This document shows positions 25,089-38,135 of a DNA stretch of 64,000 nucleotides, piece after piece; the first letter of the stretch is position 1, and the number at the start of each line of letters is the position of its first letter. The translations under genes were made by a program, and so were the position numbers. This DNA is from Elsinoe ampelina (lineage: Eukaryota): contig ML992503.1 in the NCBI GenBank assembly GCA_010093995.1, positions 1,293,234-1,357,233 on the forward strand, given 5' to 3'. The notes under the pieces are model-generated. The model ran no database searches, was not told the DNA's origin, and was given only the letters and a program-made list of their open reading frames with translations.

Positions 25089-25413
25089 GCTGGAAGCTGT
25101 TTGTGGGTAGATGCTGCTGTGATGTTGGCAGGTGTCCGTAGGTGTTTGCGCTCTCGCTCTACAATGCTGAAAGCTACTCCTTTTGTTGACGATCTTCAAA
25201 ATCCCTTGACGCGTCCAGACGACTTCAATGGGTCAGCATGTGAACATCCAGTGGCCCGTGTGACTATCAACCAAGGATTGTAGTCAAGTGAATCTTGTTC
25301 ACGAGATGCAGTCCGGCCTTGGCAATTTCGGGAGAACTCCGGGGAGCGCGTCCTGCCTCTTTCGACCTTTCTCCGACGCGAAGGTCAACCGTAAGTCTAT
25401 CACAACATCAATC

Positions 25414-27020
25414 ATGGCCGCGGTAGAGGGTGTCCGTATTGGTGGAGATGATGGGCCAGTCAGAAAGAAGCCAAGGATCTCGGAGCTTCCAATATCGTCG
25501 GCAAAGAGGTCTTCTGTGGAGGGGCTACTACACATCTTCAAGAAGAAGGGAGAGTTCGACAGCTTGCGAAAGAAGATATATGCTCAATTCGAGTCAGGGG
25601 TATTTGATTCCACGCATTGTGGCTGGCGCCCAGTTGACTGTTCAAGGATTCAAAAGCGAACCTGCTCAAGGCATTGCAGACTTTCACCGACGACGAAATC
25701 GATAAGGATCCCATCAAGTATCTCGGCAAAGATCGAAGATTAGCTGCGCCACTACTGGAAGGTGCCGCTGCCCGTGCCAACATCTATCCGACCACGGAAG
25801 TTGAGATCAGCGACTACATCTCCAAATACCTGGAGCAAGCCGAGACTGCATTACGAGAGGTTCGAAACAAGGAGATTGGTGAAGATGCTGCAAGAGAGGA
25901 GCGTAAGAAAGGTGCCAAGTCAGATGAGGCGTATGCCGCCGAAGCGGAGGTTCGAAGACAAGGACGAGCAAGGAAGCATGCCGAGGAATTGAGGATCAAG
26001 AAGAAGAAGGAAGCAGAGCTGGCCAAGAAACGTCAACTCGAGGCACTCCAAGCTCGTGCGGCGGAGCTGTCGAAGGAGACGGAGCGATTGCAGCGCGAGC
26101 AGAAGAGACGTGCCGAGCGAGAGGCTGCACGCGCAAAGCAGAAACAGATGGAGGAAGAGAGGCGAAAGCAGTTCGCAGAAGAACGAGACCGGCGAGAGAA
26201 GGAGCAGGCAGAGACCGCGAAACGACTCGAAGAAGAGCGTGAGAAGCGGCAGAAGGAGCGTGAAGCTGCAGAAGCGAAGCGACTGGAGGAGGAAGCGTTG
26301 GCTCGCTTGATCCGTGAGGGCGGGAAGATGGCAGAGAAGCCAAGCAGCCGTGGTGATTACGATCGAGGTAACAGTCCTGAGCCACCGTCCAGACGCGGAG
26401 CTCCTGGTAGACCTTCAAGACTGGCAACAGAGGGCTCCCGTGGCGGAATCACCAGGTCACCTACACCAGAGCGCCTTCGTCGCGGTTCTCGGGCTGGTAG
26501 CCCTCCACGAAGGGCGGACGACGAGCGCTCGCAGCGAGCTCGTAGTCCCCGTCGCGAGTCATACCGCTTTGACCGCAGAGAAAGTGAAGCGCATCGATAT
26601 CGTAGTCGCAGTCCGCCACGGCGACGTCGCGATGATTCCCGAAGTCCACCACGTCGACGAAGCAGATCGAGATCACCGCCACGACGCACATATCGCGACA
26701 GGGATTATTCCCCACCCCGGCGCCGGGCAAGGTCCAGATCAAGAAGTCCGCCTGACATTGATCGATATGTACCTGGCGGAGGTGCTCGGCGAGAGGAACG
26801 TCGAGATGATCGCCGCGATGATCGCCGTGATCGTGACCGTGAACGGGACCGCGACAGGGACCGCGACCGCGACCGAGACAGGGACAGGGACAGGAGTAGG
26901 GATAGAAGAGACCGAGACCGAGACCGAGACCGAGACTACGACCGCGACAGGAGACGTCCAAGAGATTCGCCCGACCGCCGACGTAGCACCAGGGACCGCA
27001 CTCGATCACGCAGCCGATGA
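25414..27020 (+). CDS. COMPASS Shg1/BOD1-domain protein with coiled coil and RS/RD tail; intron 25600-25646
   Basis: LLHIFKKKGEFDSLRKK motif; spliced frame continues into ORF 25674-27020 with a charged coiled coil and RSRSPP/RD repeats. Confidence 0.75.
26803..26950 (+). repeat. Coding hexamer repeats (GACCGA/GACAGG/GACCGC) encoding an RD dipeptide run
   Basis: Directly visible tandem hexamers. Confidence 0.85.
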
Positions 27021-27971
27021 TGAACGACGCTAGTATTGTTCGACACTTTGCTGGATGAGATAATTTGTACTAGGATTGTTAGCATATGAGATACCCCACA
27101 ATATCAACTTTCACATTTCGACATGGACAATCCAGACACACTGTGATGGTATCAGAGGACAATATGGACATTTTTCAGCAACCACAATCGATTTGGATGT
27201 AGGTCTGGGTATAAGTACATCTACCTTGCCTGCATACGCTACCTTTTGTTTCTCAGTACAGCTTAGCAACTCTCAATCAAGCCTCATTACAGTCCGCGTC
27301 CAACAGCCAGCAATACCAGGCACCATATCAGATCGTCTTAAGCTCGAGATGTCTCCCGAGGAAATGGCATGTTCATCGTTCCCATTCGCCAAGTCAACTG
27401 GCTAATAACTACAGACCATCACTCTTCCTATCCGCACTAAGACGCCGAAGGCCCATCCCAAAAGTCCCACCATGGGTCTCTCCGACGTGTCGCTTCCGAA
27501 CGACTCTATCCTATTCTTTGCATGCGTCATCATGTGAGCTGCAACTATCACAAGCCAACTTCATCAATTCGATATGGTTCAAGGGGCAATTCTGCGTTGG
27601 GGAGACAAGGTGGCAGAGCGAGGTTGGCGCTGATCTTGGATACCAGATCTCAGGCGAAACCGCGGATTTGCGATCATATTCGCAGTATTTAGTATTACTT
27701 GACGAATACATGAAGGCGTCTCAGGGGCTGTCCACCGGCGCGCAGTGAGCTCATTTTGCCAAGATTTCTGATTTCTGACTCTGACTTCAATAAATTCCAA
27801 TGCGCCCTTGTGTGTCGCTGTGCCATGGACCGACTGCGCGCCAACACCACTGAGGGCTTTTCATATTGCAGCAGTGACAATTAGTCTGCTTCCTGGTCTT
27901 TGATAATTCGAGCCGCCTTGAATCTGACCGCGAGATCCTTCCGCGACACTCTGCACAATCAAAAGAACAAC

Positions 27972-29579
27972 ATGAGTGAATCGCAAGCCCCAGCTCCCGG
28001 GTCGTCCAGCACGTCGACCACGGCGCCCGTCAGCTCAGGGAGTTCAGGAACTGCTCAGCCTACTCAACAGCCCAATCCGAGCGCGCCAAAAGACTCAAAG
28101 GGCAAGAAGCCGCAGAAAGATGAAGCACCTTCAACCCCCGGAGTGGAGGGGGAACAAAAGCTATCCGGCAAGGATTTGAAGCTGAAGCAGAAAGCAGAGA
28201 AGCAAGCAAGACGAGCACAAGAGAAGGCAGCAAAGAAGGTCGGAAGTCCATCTACAGCACCCAATGGCGCACCATCCGGTCCCAAGCCAGCAAAGGGGAA
28301 AGCGTCAGCACAATCGCAACCAAACACACCCACCACAGCCAGTGGCTCACGGAATCAACCACAACACCGCCGAACAGGCTCACAATCACAAGCACAACGC
28401 CCCCTCCCCGTCCGACGGCGCAACTCCCAAACCGCCCCGAAAGAGCGCAAACCCATCAAAGAAGTCTCCCTCTTCAACCACCTCTACTCCACCCCGCGCC
28501 GCACCACCCTCGACTCCATCTCCCGCGAAGTCCACCCCTCAATCCTCGCCCTCGGCCACCAAATGTCATCCTACACCATCACGGGCTCCTCAGCCCGCTG
28601 CGTCGCCATGCTCCTCGCCTTCAAATCCGCCATCGCATCCTACACCACGCCCCCGACGACCTCGCTCGCCCGCCACCTCACGTCGCACTACCTCTCCCCT
28701 CAAATCGAGTACCTCAAATCCCACCGGCCCATCTCCGTGTCCATGGGCAACGCCATCCGCTGGCTGAAAGACTACATCATCCACATCGACCCGGACGTGC
28801 CGGAACACGAAGCCAAAGCCGACATCGCCGACGCCATCGACATGTTCGTCCGCGAACGCATCACGGTGGCGGACACGGCGATCGCGGCGACGGCGGCGCA
28901 GAAGATCCGCGACGGTGCGAGGGTGGTGACGTTTGGGAAGAGTAGTATCGTCGAGAAGACGCTGCTTCAGGCGCATGGTCAGGGGAAGAAATTCACTGTT
29001 GCGGTGCTGGATTCGAGGCCGTTGTTTGAGGGGAGGAATTTGGTTAGGGCGTTGAGTGCGGCTGGGTTGAGGGTGACGTATGCTTTGTTGCCGGCGGCGA
29101 GTCATGTGTTGAGGGACGCGGATGTGGTGTTGCTCGGGGCGCATGCGATGATGGCGAATGGGAGGTTGTACAGTCGGGCCGGCACGGCAGGGGTGGCCAT
29201 GTTGGCGCACGGGAGGGATGTACCGGTGATTGTGTGTTGTGAGTCGGTCAAGTTTACGGATCGGGTGGCGTTGGATAGTATTGTGCTTAATGAGGTGGCG
29301 CCGAGTGAGGAGTTGGTGTTGGAGGGGGAGAGGGTGGAGCGGGTGGAGAAGGTGGAGGAGAAGGGGAAGGGAGGTAAGGGGGAGAAGGAGGAGAAGAAGA
29401 CGACGGAGACGGGTTTGCAGGGGTGGAAGGACGTGCAGGGACTGCAGCTGTTGAATATCCTTTACGATGTCACGCCCGCGGAGTACGTGGATATGGTCAT
29501 CACGGAGTATGGGAGTTTGCCGCCGAGCAGTGTCCCGGTGGTGCACAGGATTAGTACCGAAAGGGATGTAAGGGCGTAG
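27972..29579 (+). CDS. GCD2: Translation initiation factor eIF2B delta subunit
   Basis: VSLFNHL, VHPSILALG, RPISVSMGNAIRWLK, DSRPLFEG, GAHAMMANGRLYSRAGTA, CCESVKFTDRVALDS, LYDVTP. Confidence 0.93.
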   Translation: MSESQAPAPGSSSTSTTAPVSSGSSGTAQPTQQPNPSAPKDSKGKKPQKDEAPSTPGVEGEQKLSGKDLKLKQKAEKQARRAQEKAAKKVGSPSTAPNGAPSGPKPAKGKASAQSQPNTPTTASGSRNQPQHRRTGSQSQAQRPLPVRRRNSQTAPKERKPIKEVSLFNHLYSTPRRTTLDSISREVHPSILALGHQMSSYTITGSSARCVAMLLAFKSAIASYTTPPTTSLARHLTSHYLSPQIEYLKSHRPISVSMGNAIRWLKDYIIHIDPDVPEHEAKADIADAIDMFVRERITVADTAIAATAAQKIRDGARVVTFGKSSIVEKTLLQAHGQGKKFTVAVLDSRPLFEGRNLVRALSAAGLRVTYALLPAASHVLRDADVVLLGAHAMMANGRLYSRAGTAGVAMLAHGRDVPVIVCCESVKFTDRVALDSIVLNEVAPSEELVLEGERVERVEKVEEKGKGGKGEKEEKKTTETGLQGWKDVQGLQLLNILYDVTPAEYVDMVITEYGSLPPSSVPVVHRISTERDVRA

Positions 29580-29625
29580 AAGGAGGACGGGAATGAACGA
29601 TCATGTCATGAGAGATGCGATGCAC

Positions 29626-30381
29626 TCATCCTGCGTCGTCTACTGCTTGCACCATCGCTTTGCGCTTCTTGCCAGAAACATCCATCAGCTTCTCGAGAAA
29701 ATGCGTCTCTTTCGGTCCTTCGAGATTCTTCCCGACTTCTTCACCTGTGTCTTCATCCTCGTCCTCTTCATCGCTGCTGGCGTCCCCTCGCTGCTCCTCC
29801 AGGACACCCAGCCCCAGATTCATCTCGATATACGCCTCCCCCTCGTCTACTTTGTCAATGGCTACCTCGTCCAATCTTCCCTGCTTCTTCAACCCATCCA
29901 GCTCTGCGTTTGATGCTTTGAAGTCCCGGAGTAGCGAGTCGAGCCGCGCACTTATGAGCTTGCCCTTGTTGAGCGTCTGGCTCAACGTCGCTGGAAGATG
30001 TCCTGGTCCAGTCCTTGTTCGTCTGTTTTCTGTGCTGAAGGAATCGATGTCTCCGGGTGGCAGCGATGCGCCGGATGCGGGTGAGGGAATGCCAGTGTCT
30101 GACGGTGTTGCATTGGCTGCTTGCCTGCCAGGACGGAGGAAGTCATCGCGAAGATGTGAGGTGGAAGTGGCATCATCAGAGTCGCCAGAGTCGTCAAAGT
30201 CTTCCTCTGAATCTTCTTCCTCTTCTGAAGTGCTGTCCATCGAGCTCTCCACGTCGCTGTCTTCGAAGGGGGAACTGTCGCTCGTAATGTCCGAGGGAGA
30301 GGGTGACGGTGGTGCTCCTTGTGCTTGCCTGACAGGCTCGTCGAGACGAATGCGCTTGGGATGAGCGCGACTTGGATCCAT
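29626..30381 (-). CDS. Acidic protein with DUF4598/NOPCHAP1-like motif
   Basis: RLDSLLRDFKASNAEL..YIEMNLGLGVLEE motif flanked by acidic low-complexity tracts. Confidence 0.65.
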   Translation of the reverse strand: MDPSRAHPKRIRLDEPVRQAQGAPPSPSPSDITSDSSPFEDSDVESSMDSTSEEEEDSEEDFDDSGDSDDATSTSHLRDDFLRPGRQAANATPSDTGIPSPASGASLPPGDIDSFSTENRRTRTGPGHLPATLSQTLNKGKLISARLDSLLRDFKASNAELDGLKKQGRLDEVAIDKVDEGEAYIEMNLGLGVLEEQRGDASSDEEDEDEDTGEEVGKNLEGPKETHFLEKLMDVSGKKRKAMVQAVDDAG

Positions 30382-31024
30382 TCTTTGTAGCAGTCTTCAA
30401 TGGTGTGGTATTTGGTGGAATGAGAAGATGCAAATTCATGGAATGGCTTTACATGCACAAGGTTCAGGGTTTGATGTGCGGGGAACTGGTGGGGCTCGCA
30501 GAGTCAATTGGCATCGTCACCAGCGACGAGGGCGGCAGGTCCTGGGATATCTACCTAGTCTTCGAAATACATACAGGTTCTTGGATGCCCGCCGAGAAGA
30601 GGCACGTTGCGCATGCGAAATGCTCTCGTGTTCGATGCAAGCAAAGACCCGTTATGCTGTGGTCCTGTGAAACACAGACTCCATGACGCCGCATTCCAGC
30701 GGAGAACGCTGAACCGATCGTCAACCGCCGCCTGTGCCTCAGACACTTCCAGCTGACGGTGATAAAGAGGGCGGTCTCTATCCTCTTTAGCATTACATTT
30801 CTTGACAAACACATTGACTTCTAGTCATCTGACACTGGACGCTCGCTTTGTTTCGGCACCAATTGGTTCTTTGTCCAGATGAACATGTGGCTTTCGAGGT
30901 AGACAGCTTCCCAACCTTGCATTCCAGCCGCGACCACCTGTCGCAACCAGTCAACCCGGATCGTATTTATAACAACACGACATCCCAAGTCTGATCACGT
31001 CTCACGCCGCGGCTCGCATCCATA

Positions 31025-31750
31025 ATGTCTTCCCTTCCTCGCTTGGAGGTCGAGGGTCTTCCAGCGGCCAACAACGATGAGCTTTCCGCTACGGCTTCGC
31101 CAGCTCGTGGCCGCGAAATGAAACAGAACCTCCTTTCCAAGCTCAGAGCTCCTCCTCTCGTACATTCATGGGACTTCTGGCATGATCGACAAGACCGTAA
31201 GCCCACATCAAGCTCGACTCCTGCCGAAGGTACAGACACGGGCTCCGAGGCAAAGTACGAAGATAGACTCATCCACCTTTCCGCCATCTCGGACGTCAAA
31301 GCTTTCTGGTCTACCTTCAACAACTTTGATGTCACAGTCTTGCCCATACGAGACAGCGTTCACCTCTTCCATCGCGGCGTCAAGCCTGTCTGGGAAGACC
31401 CTCGCAATGCTAAAGGTGGCTCTTGGACTTTCAGGGTACCAAAGGACAAAGCAAACGACTTCTGGAAGGAGATCTGCATGATGGCCATCGGCGAGCAGCT
31501 GCAGGCTGCCGTGGAGAGCAAGCGAATCACCTTCAGGGATGACATCTGCGGAGTCAGCTTGAGCGTGAGGTTCAACAGTTTCTTGATTCAGATTTGGAAC
31601 AGAGACGCGGAGCACAAGGAAGGCGTCGAGAAGATCCTGAAGACAGTGCTGGAGAATTTGCCCGAGGAGTTGAGACCTGCCGAGGAGAGGAGGTACTACA
31701 AGAAGCACAAGGAGCATGCTGGGTTCAGTCTGCCTGACGGCAAGCAGTAA
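31025..31750 (+). CDS. eIF4E-family cap-binding protein (non-canonical paralog)
   Basis: PPLVHSWDFW, FWSTFNN, HLFHRGVKPVWEDPRNAKGGSW, DDICGVSLSVR, IQIWN. Confidence 0.88.
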   Translation: MSSLPRLEVEGLPAANNDELSATASPARGREMKQNLLSKLRAPPLVHSWDFWHDRQDRKPTSSSTPAEGTDTGSEAKYEDRLIHLSAISDVKAFWSTFNNFDVTVLPIRDSVHLFHRGVKPVWEDPRNAKGGSWTFRVPKDKANDFWKEICMMAIGEQLQAAVESKRITFRDDICGVSLSVRFNSFLIQIWNRDAEHKEGVEKILKTVLENLPEELRPAEERRYYKKHKEHAGFSLPDGKQ

Positions 31751-32125
31751 GGAACGTCTGAGTAATTTGCATGTATGGGAAAGCAATTTCGGACGCCATC
31801 TAGCAGACTATAGGTCTCACGATTTGAAATGAAAGTTACTGAACATTGATCAAGTTGTCTGCTATACTTGGCCTTGTTGAATGTGGCACAGCGGTGACGC
31901 ACGTAGCCACGTGGAATAGCTTCAAGGCCGATCCCAAGCTTTCAATCATCCAACATTTTTCAGTGACAGATGAACACCCAATTCATTGTATTATTTTCAC
32001 TTGTAGCCTTCTAGAACGGCACACATTCGAACACTCGAGGCTCCGGATCGGTCGACGCAATACGAGTCCTCCATCGCTTGCAACCTGAGCCTGACCCAAT
32101 GCGGTAGAACAATACCTTCGTCCAT

Positions 32126-33734
32126 ATGGCGACCCTCGGGCGCGACGACTCGCCCTCGCCTAGCCGGAGACGGCGGAATGGCTTTGCGAAGAAGTTGGAA
32201 TACTGCTGCTGCAGTGTCTTCACATACTTTCCGCTCTTCTTTGTCTACGGCCTGACGACATGGGCATGTTATGTTGGGGTAGGCATTGGCTTCGAGCCAG
32301 GCAAACACTGGGCCGGTATGAGACGACAACATTCATGCAGCGCTGTGTCTGACGAGAGCTTCAGGTCTCTGGTCTTCCTTGCTCATCTTCGCCCTCTACG
32401 TCCTCCTGAACACGTCTTACACGATTGCTGTCTTCACGCCTCCAGGCAGCCCTCTCAACCCGCCTTCGACCTCTCGATCAAGCGGAGCAGGCTACTCTTC
32501 CCTCCCGACCCATGAGCCTGCAGCATCGAACACGTCCTTCTCGACCCTCACAACAAAGTCAAGCGGTCGCCCTCGATACTGCAAGAAATGTCAGCACCCC
32601 AAACCCGATCGTGCCCACCACTGCAGTACCTGTGGCAGATGCGTGCTCAAGATGGATCACCACTGTCCCTGGCTAGCCACCTGCGTAGGATTGCGGAACT
32701 ACAAGGCATTCATACTATTCCTCACATACACGTCGTTATTCTGCTGGGTGTGTTTCCTATGCGCGGCGCAATGGGTGTGGTACGAGATCAGCGAGTCGGC
32801 ACGGATGCAGAACGGTAGCATGACGGTCAACATCATCCTGTTGTCAGTATTGGCAGGCATAATAGGTCTGGTTCTCAGCGGCTTTACTGGTTGGCACATC
32901 TACTTGGCCGCGTCGGGGATGACCACAATCGAGTGTCTGGAGAAGACTCGGTATCTTTCGCCAGTTAAGAAGAGCATGGAGGCACAGATACAGCGGGACC
33001 GGGCGAGGGGTCATGATGGCGGGGAGCAAGGTCAGCCGCTGCTGGAACAGCTCAGGGAGATACACGCCAATGCGCTACCCGGAGTGACAAGACCGGAAGA
33101 GGGGGAGGAGAGGAACAGCAATTCGAGTACGCCAACGACTGCTGCCGGGCAATGGCAGAGTCCGGCGCAAGAGAGCTTGAGAAGGAGCTACGCGGAGATG
33201 GAGGAGAGGAGGGAGCGTGACCGGTACTTGAACTACCTCGACGAGAAGGACAGTGAAAAGCTACCGCATGCCTTTGACCTGGGCTGGAGACGGAACCTCG
33301 GACACCTATTTGGGGAGAAGTGGTACCTGTGGGCGGTACCCGTATGTAACACCACAGGCGACGGATGGAGATGGGAAGTCAGCGATGAATGGACTCGGAA
33401 ACGGGACGAAGTAGCCAGGGCTCGAGACGCTCGTCAGGTACAAGCAGAGCGTGACTGGCGAGACGGAGCAAGCAACGGATTCGGCATGGGCGGCGTAGGG
33501 ACCATGGGTTCGGGGAGACACTATGCGGCTCCCGCCCCACAAAGGGCTATGCAGATGCAGAACCTAAGAAGGGACAGGGATGGGGAAGACGTGGACGATT
33601 ATGATACCAGTAGTGACGAAGAGCGACGGACTCCTAGACCGGCCGCAGTACCCAAGAGCACGGGCAATTGGAATGACGTTCCGGAGGAATATATACGTAG
33701 ACCAGACAGTGGGAGTCGGCGGAAAGGGGACTGA
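32126..33734 (+). CDS. PFA3: DHHC palmitoyltransferase; intron 32316-32364
   Basis: [52 protein letters not shown]-terminal Cys cluster typical of Pfa3. Confidence 0.88.
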
Positions 33735-34276
33735 TGGGGTTTGTACAGTGTACTTTTAATTAACCGAAGAAGATGAAGGGATTCCAGAACGCGTTTGATG
33801 CGAACGTACGTCGTGGTGACAGAGAGGGAGACCTGAGCAAGAAACATCACGTGCCTGATGACTGATCACAGCACAAGCTCATTTTAGCTCGGGCCGCAGC
33901 GGGCAAGTCATGTGCGGAACAAGGTTTGACTCGTCCTTCTCCGCATCTCGTGTCGTGTCTCGACTGGTTTGTCTAGAAGGGAACCGGTTAATTTAGAGTC
34001 AAAGAATGGAGAAGCGAGTGAGGGGACCAGGACCACCTCGACGCAAAATTGCTGATCCCAGATCCTCTCGTCGGCTTCGAAAAAAAAGTCTGTCCTGTTC
34101 AAAAGACGACGATAGTCAGTCTCTTGGTCTCACTGCCGTCCTGGCATCTCCCCATCGGATAGCAGGCATCATCACCCACCGCACGCCGGCCTCGTCCTCG
34201 CCCCTCTGGTGCAGCGACGACGTCCGGGCCTGATTTGTATTGTCTTCCATATGAATCTGCACGACATCGGCCCATC

Positions 34277-37200
34277 ATGATCGCGTCCGAGACAGCTCCA
34301 TCTACGATCATGGACCCCATTGTCGACCCTCACTCATCAGACGAAAGCAACCACACCGCACCACCCACCGGAGCCAAGAGAAAACGCAGAGACACCGCCG
34401 GGACCATTGAGGACGACAAGGAACGACACCAATGTCCACATTGTGAGAGATCCTTCGGACGTGTCGAGCACATGAAACGTCATGCCGCCAGTCACAGCAC
34501 CGAACGTCCCTTCAAATGTCAAACATGCGACAAAGGCTTCCACCGTCTGGATACCATGCAAAGGCATGAACTGATTCACAGAGAACAAGAATCCGCAAAG
34601 CCAAAAGGCGCTCGTGCTTGCTCAGAGTGCGCACTCGCAAAAGTCCGCTGCCCCGGCGGCCAGCCCTGCAACCGCTGCGAGACTAAAGCTCTCGACTGCA
34701 GGTATCCTGACATTAAGCACAAAGACGGCAGTCCAGACATGGACGGCGACAGGTACACAGACGTGCCTCCTGTTAGGTCGCAGTCTATCAGTGGCGTCCC
34801 CTACTCTCCCGCGGTCTGGACTGAAGATCCGACTTCGCCTTCACAATGGCTGCCGCCGCCTCCGCCACCTGTTGACCTCACCGCCAGGCCGCCTGAATTT
34901 GAGCACACGACGCCCGCTCCTCGTCACCTCTCCTTCTCGTCAAATGGACATCGTCCGACAGGCTTGACGCCACTCACTGGCGACCCTTACTCCAACCTTC
35001 GACAGGCTGGTTTTGTGACAGCCACGTCGGACAATGCTTCCGTCAATGGTGGAGGGACGAGGAACTGGCTTGACACCTTACTGGCGCCGCAGTCCATCGA
35101 CGCTAGAGACGCCAGTACACCCGACACTGGCTCGCACAAGACAGCCAGCATGTCCGAGACCTATCTTGACGGTGACGGCGCTCGACTGCCAAAGATTGGT
35201 ATCCATCGACGGTTCAATCTCCGTCCGTCGCTTCCACTTCCGACTCCTGGCATTCCTGTCCCTACTGGCCCTCCCACGTATGGCTTCCCGACTCGTTTCA
35301 CTCAACCAGAGCTAGACATGAAGACCACTTCGGAACGGCGCATCATCGACGAGGTTGTCTACAACGAAATTCGTCGAAACTTTGAGTCGGTCTGCGGTCC
35401 TAATTCATCCTACTCGCCCGTCTTCGAGTCGCCCGACTATCCTTCCTGGGATCACATGCAAATGTTCATCCAGATCTACCTCGACGAATTCCAAACTCTT
35501 GTTCCGATGCTGCATTTACCGACCCTCAACCTGTATTCTGCCCACTGGCTGCTGAGTTTGGCCTTGGCGGCCATGGGATGCCATTTCGCCGATTATCCCG
35601 AGGCAGAATATTGCGCACTGGGGTTGAACGAGCACTTGCGACGGGCAATCAACGACGTGGTGAGTCTACATATATATTTTTCCTTATCGTGCATCGCTTT
35701 GATTTCCGTTGAGCCACCCCCACCGGACTTCTACCCCCTCCCCCGTTCAGCCCTACACGCGATCATCGGTCGTCAACCCACCACATCCTTGATCCTGCAG
35801 CAACCATGCATGCAGCCATTCCCGCAATTTTTTTTTTACCAACGAACCAAGCTAACCCACATGTTCTCTAGCTCGAAGTCTCCGAACGCGAGATTGATCC
35901 CGTCCTCTTGGCTCAGGTTAAATTGCTCAACTGCATCGGTATGATTTACTCCGGTGACGAGCGGATGGAGCGCTTCGGATGGCGACATCACCACGATTTA
36001 GTGCGGTTTTGTCACACTCATTGGGTGAATGAAGACGAGGTAGGGTTGCCCGCTGATGCGGCTATGATGAGTGAGGTTGAAGTGCAGTGGCGGCATTGGA
36101 AGGATGTTGAGAGTCGGCGCAGGACAGGATATGGTATTTGGATGCTGGATTGCATGTGGTCGTACGGGTTTGGTGAGAAGACATTGCTGACACTGGAGGA
36201 TGCAAAAGTGCCTGTACCCAGCCAAGAGGTATTGTGGGAGGCTGAAAGCGCTCTTCAGTGGCAGCATGTCAAGAGCTATTCCGTCCGTGAGTATACCCTC
36301 GTCGCATATGCCAACAACCAGACTGACAGACCCAGCCATGCCTTCACTCGTCGCAGCAACCCACAGCGTATACATTGAGAAGCGCGTCGAGCCGACTATG
36401 GGCGAGTTCTCACGTATCTTGCTGATACACGCACTCTACTCTTCGTCCTGGTCCGTCCAAACCCACCTCAAGAATCCACTGACCCACTGGACACCCAAAG
36501 CATCCAAGACCGAGCTCTCTTCACTCTCCTACTTCCGGGAACCGATCTGGCTCCCCTCCGAACCTTCTTATTTCCGCTGGCGCAATGCAACTTGCGACTG
36601 TCTCGACATCCTCCATTGGCGCGCAAACTCCGTCACCGGCGCAGCCAGCGGCATCGAACACCCGACCCTCCTTCACCTGCATCTCGCCCGCATCATCCTC
36701 CTCACCCCCTTCCGCGAAATCTGCGACCTCGCCTTCGGCCTCACAAAAATCCACATGCACGCCACGACCAACATTCCCAGCGACCCCGCCACTCTCTCCC
36801 GCAACCGCGACGTCGTCCGCCGCTGGGCCGAACACGACCAAGCCAAAGCCCGACTGGCCATGTACCACGCCGGCGTCCTCTTTTGGCACGTCCGTCTCTA
36901 CAGCGCGAAAGGCTTCTACGAGCCCTCCGCCGTGCTGCTCGCCGCCCTCGCACTCTGGGCTTTCGGGACCTACACAACCAAGCACCCACACCCCAACTCC
37001 TCCTCGCCCATGGACGGCGCGACAACACCTTACGATCCCCCCGGCCCTATTCCCTTTGTAAACTCGGCGGACGACGAGGCTAGTTTCCCAACGAGTATCA
37101 ACATCGACAGACCCGCCGACGATGAGATTGTGCAGATGTACATAAGGCGGGGGGATAGGATGCAAGCGCTCATCGTAGGGGTGGGGGATATCAGATCGAG

Positions 37201-37336
37201 CAGTGGCCCGGGAAGGGTATTGGGGGAGGGGGCGAAATTGGTCAGCAGTTTGGCGAACTGGGGCCACTCGAGGAGGGTGATGCGGATTCTGGGGACGTTG
37301 CAGAGGGTGGTGAGGGAGACACCGGGTGTGCTTTGA
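34277..37336 (+). CDS. Transcription factor with two C2H2 fingers, a Zn(II)2Cys6 cluster and fungal TF middle domain; introns 35660-35871 and 36287-36335
   Basis: CPHCERSFGRVEHMKRHAASH, CQTCDKGFHRLDTMQRHELIH, ACSECALAKVRCPGGQPCNRCETKALDCRY, PMLHLPT, ESRRRTGYGIWMLD. Confidence 0.88.
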
Positions 37337-38135
37337 TGAATCGGTGTTCGAGCAGACGACCAATTACACAACCGCCAGTGCGGACTGGAAGCGACTGTCG
37401 AGGCACGGTCTTTGCGCAATTCTGCAAGCAACCGCCCGCTGTTTCTGCATCACCCGGCCTATACTGGATCGGAAGGCAGACAGCACCTCCGTTCCCAGCC
37501 AGGATGGCAGACAGCGCCGTCCACACCGCTGGAGCGCTGAGCATGCGACAGGGCCTTGGGCATATCGCATCAGCCGCAGTTCAAGCTACGAATCCATCAC
37601 AAGGACCCCAGCGGCGTAGTCGACAAAGACGAATGAGCAGATCACGCGGTCTGCCATCACTCTCATAGCGAAGAGGGCACCTCGAGTGCCACGAGCCGAC
37701 CCCATCGGGCTGGCATTGCCGCGAGCGACGTCTCAACACAACCATAAGCACCGCGGCTTCAGCAGAGTGCGGCACAGAATACGGCGCAGCGCCGTCATCA
37801 TTATACATCACACCATCACCGCTTGTTCACGATATGTCCATGTGTACACATCCACAAAAATCTAGCCCAGGAAAAAAAAGGAAACAGAACGTGAAAAAGG
37901 GAGGAATACAAGACCAGGAACCACTCGCTCACGCAAGGCACGCATGCATCTACAGCTTGATCGGTTGACGGCCACAAAAACTGCTAGGACATGTAATCTC
38001 TTTCTCGTCTTTTATCTTCTTGAAAAGCCAAAAAAAAAAAAACTGTACAGTCCGCGCAAGCGGAACCAACCTTCCACCCCTCATCTCCCCCTCCTTCATA
38101 CCCGTGACCATTTTTCCCTCCCGGTTCTCCCTCCC

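Noticed and set aside
26803..26950. Short repeats as a CRISPR-like or non-coding array
   Set aside because: In-frame RD dipeptide codons with no spacers, in a eukaryotic gene.
27076..27880. Small ORFs between the Shg1-domain gene and GCD2
   Set aside because: No recognisable product or consistent gene model.
28590..29546. Long antisense ORFs (also 37944-39029, 36521-37363, 5978-6757, 8859-9569, 20607-21413)
   Set aside because: Shadows of real genes in skewed, stop-poor DNA; low-complexity translations with no motifs.
27972..31750. Functional clustering of GCD2 and the eIF4E paralog
   Set aside because: Two genes in a housekeeping-dense region; adjacency alone is not evidence.
34277..37336. 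Calling the factor Cmr1/Amr1 (melanin regulator)
   Set aside because: Same architecture, but finger sequences differ from Cmr1 as recalled, and no PKS or reductase lies nearby.
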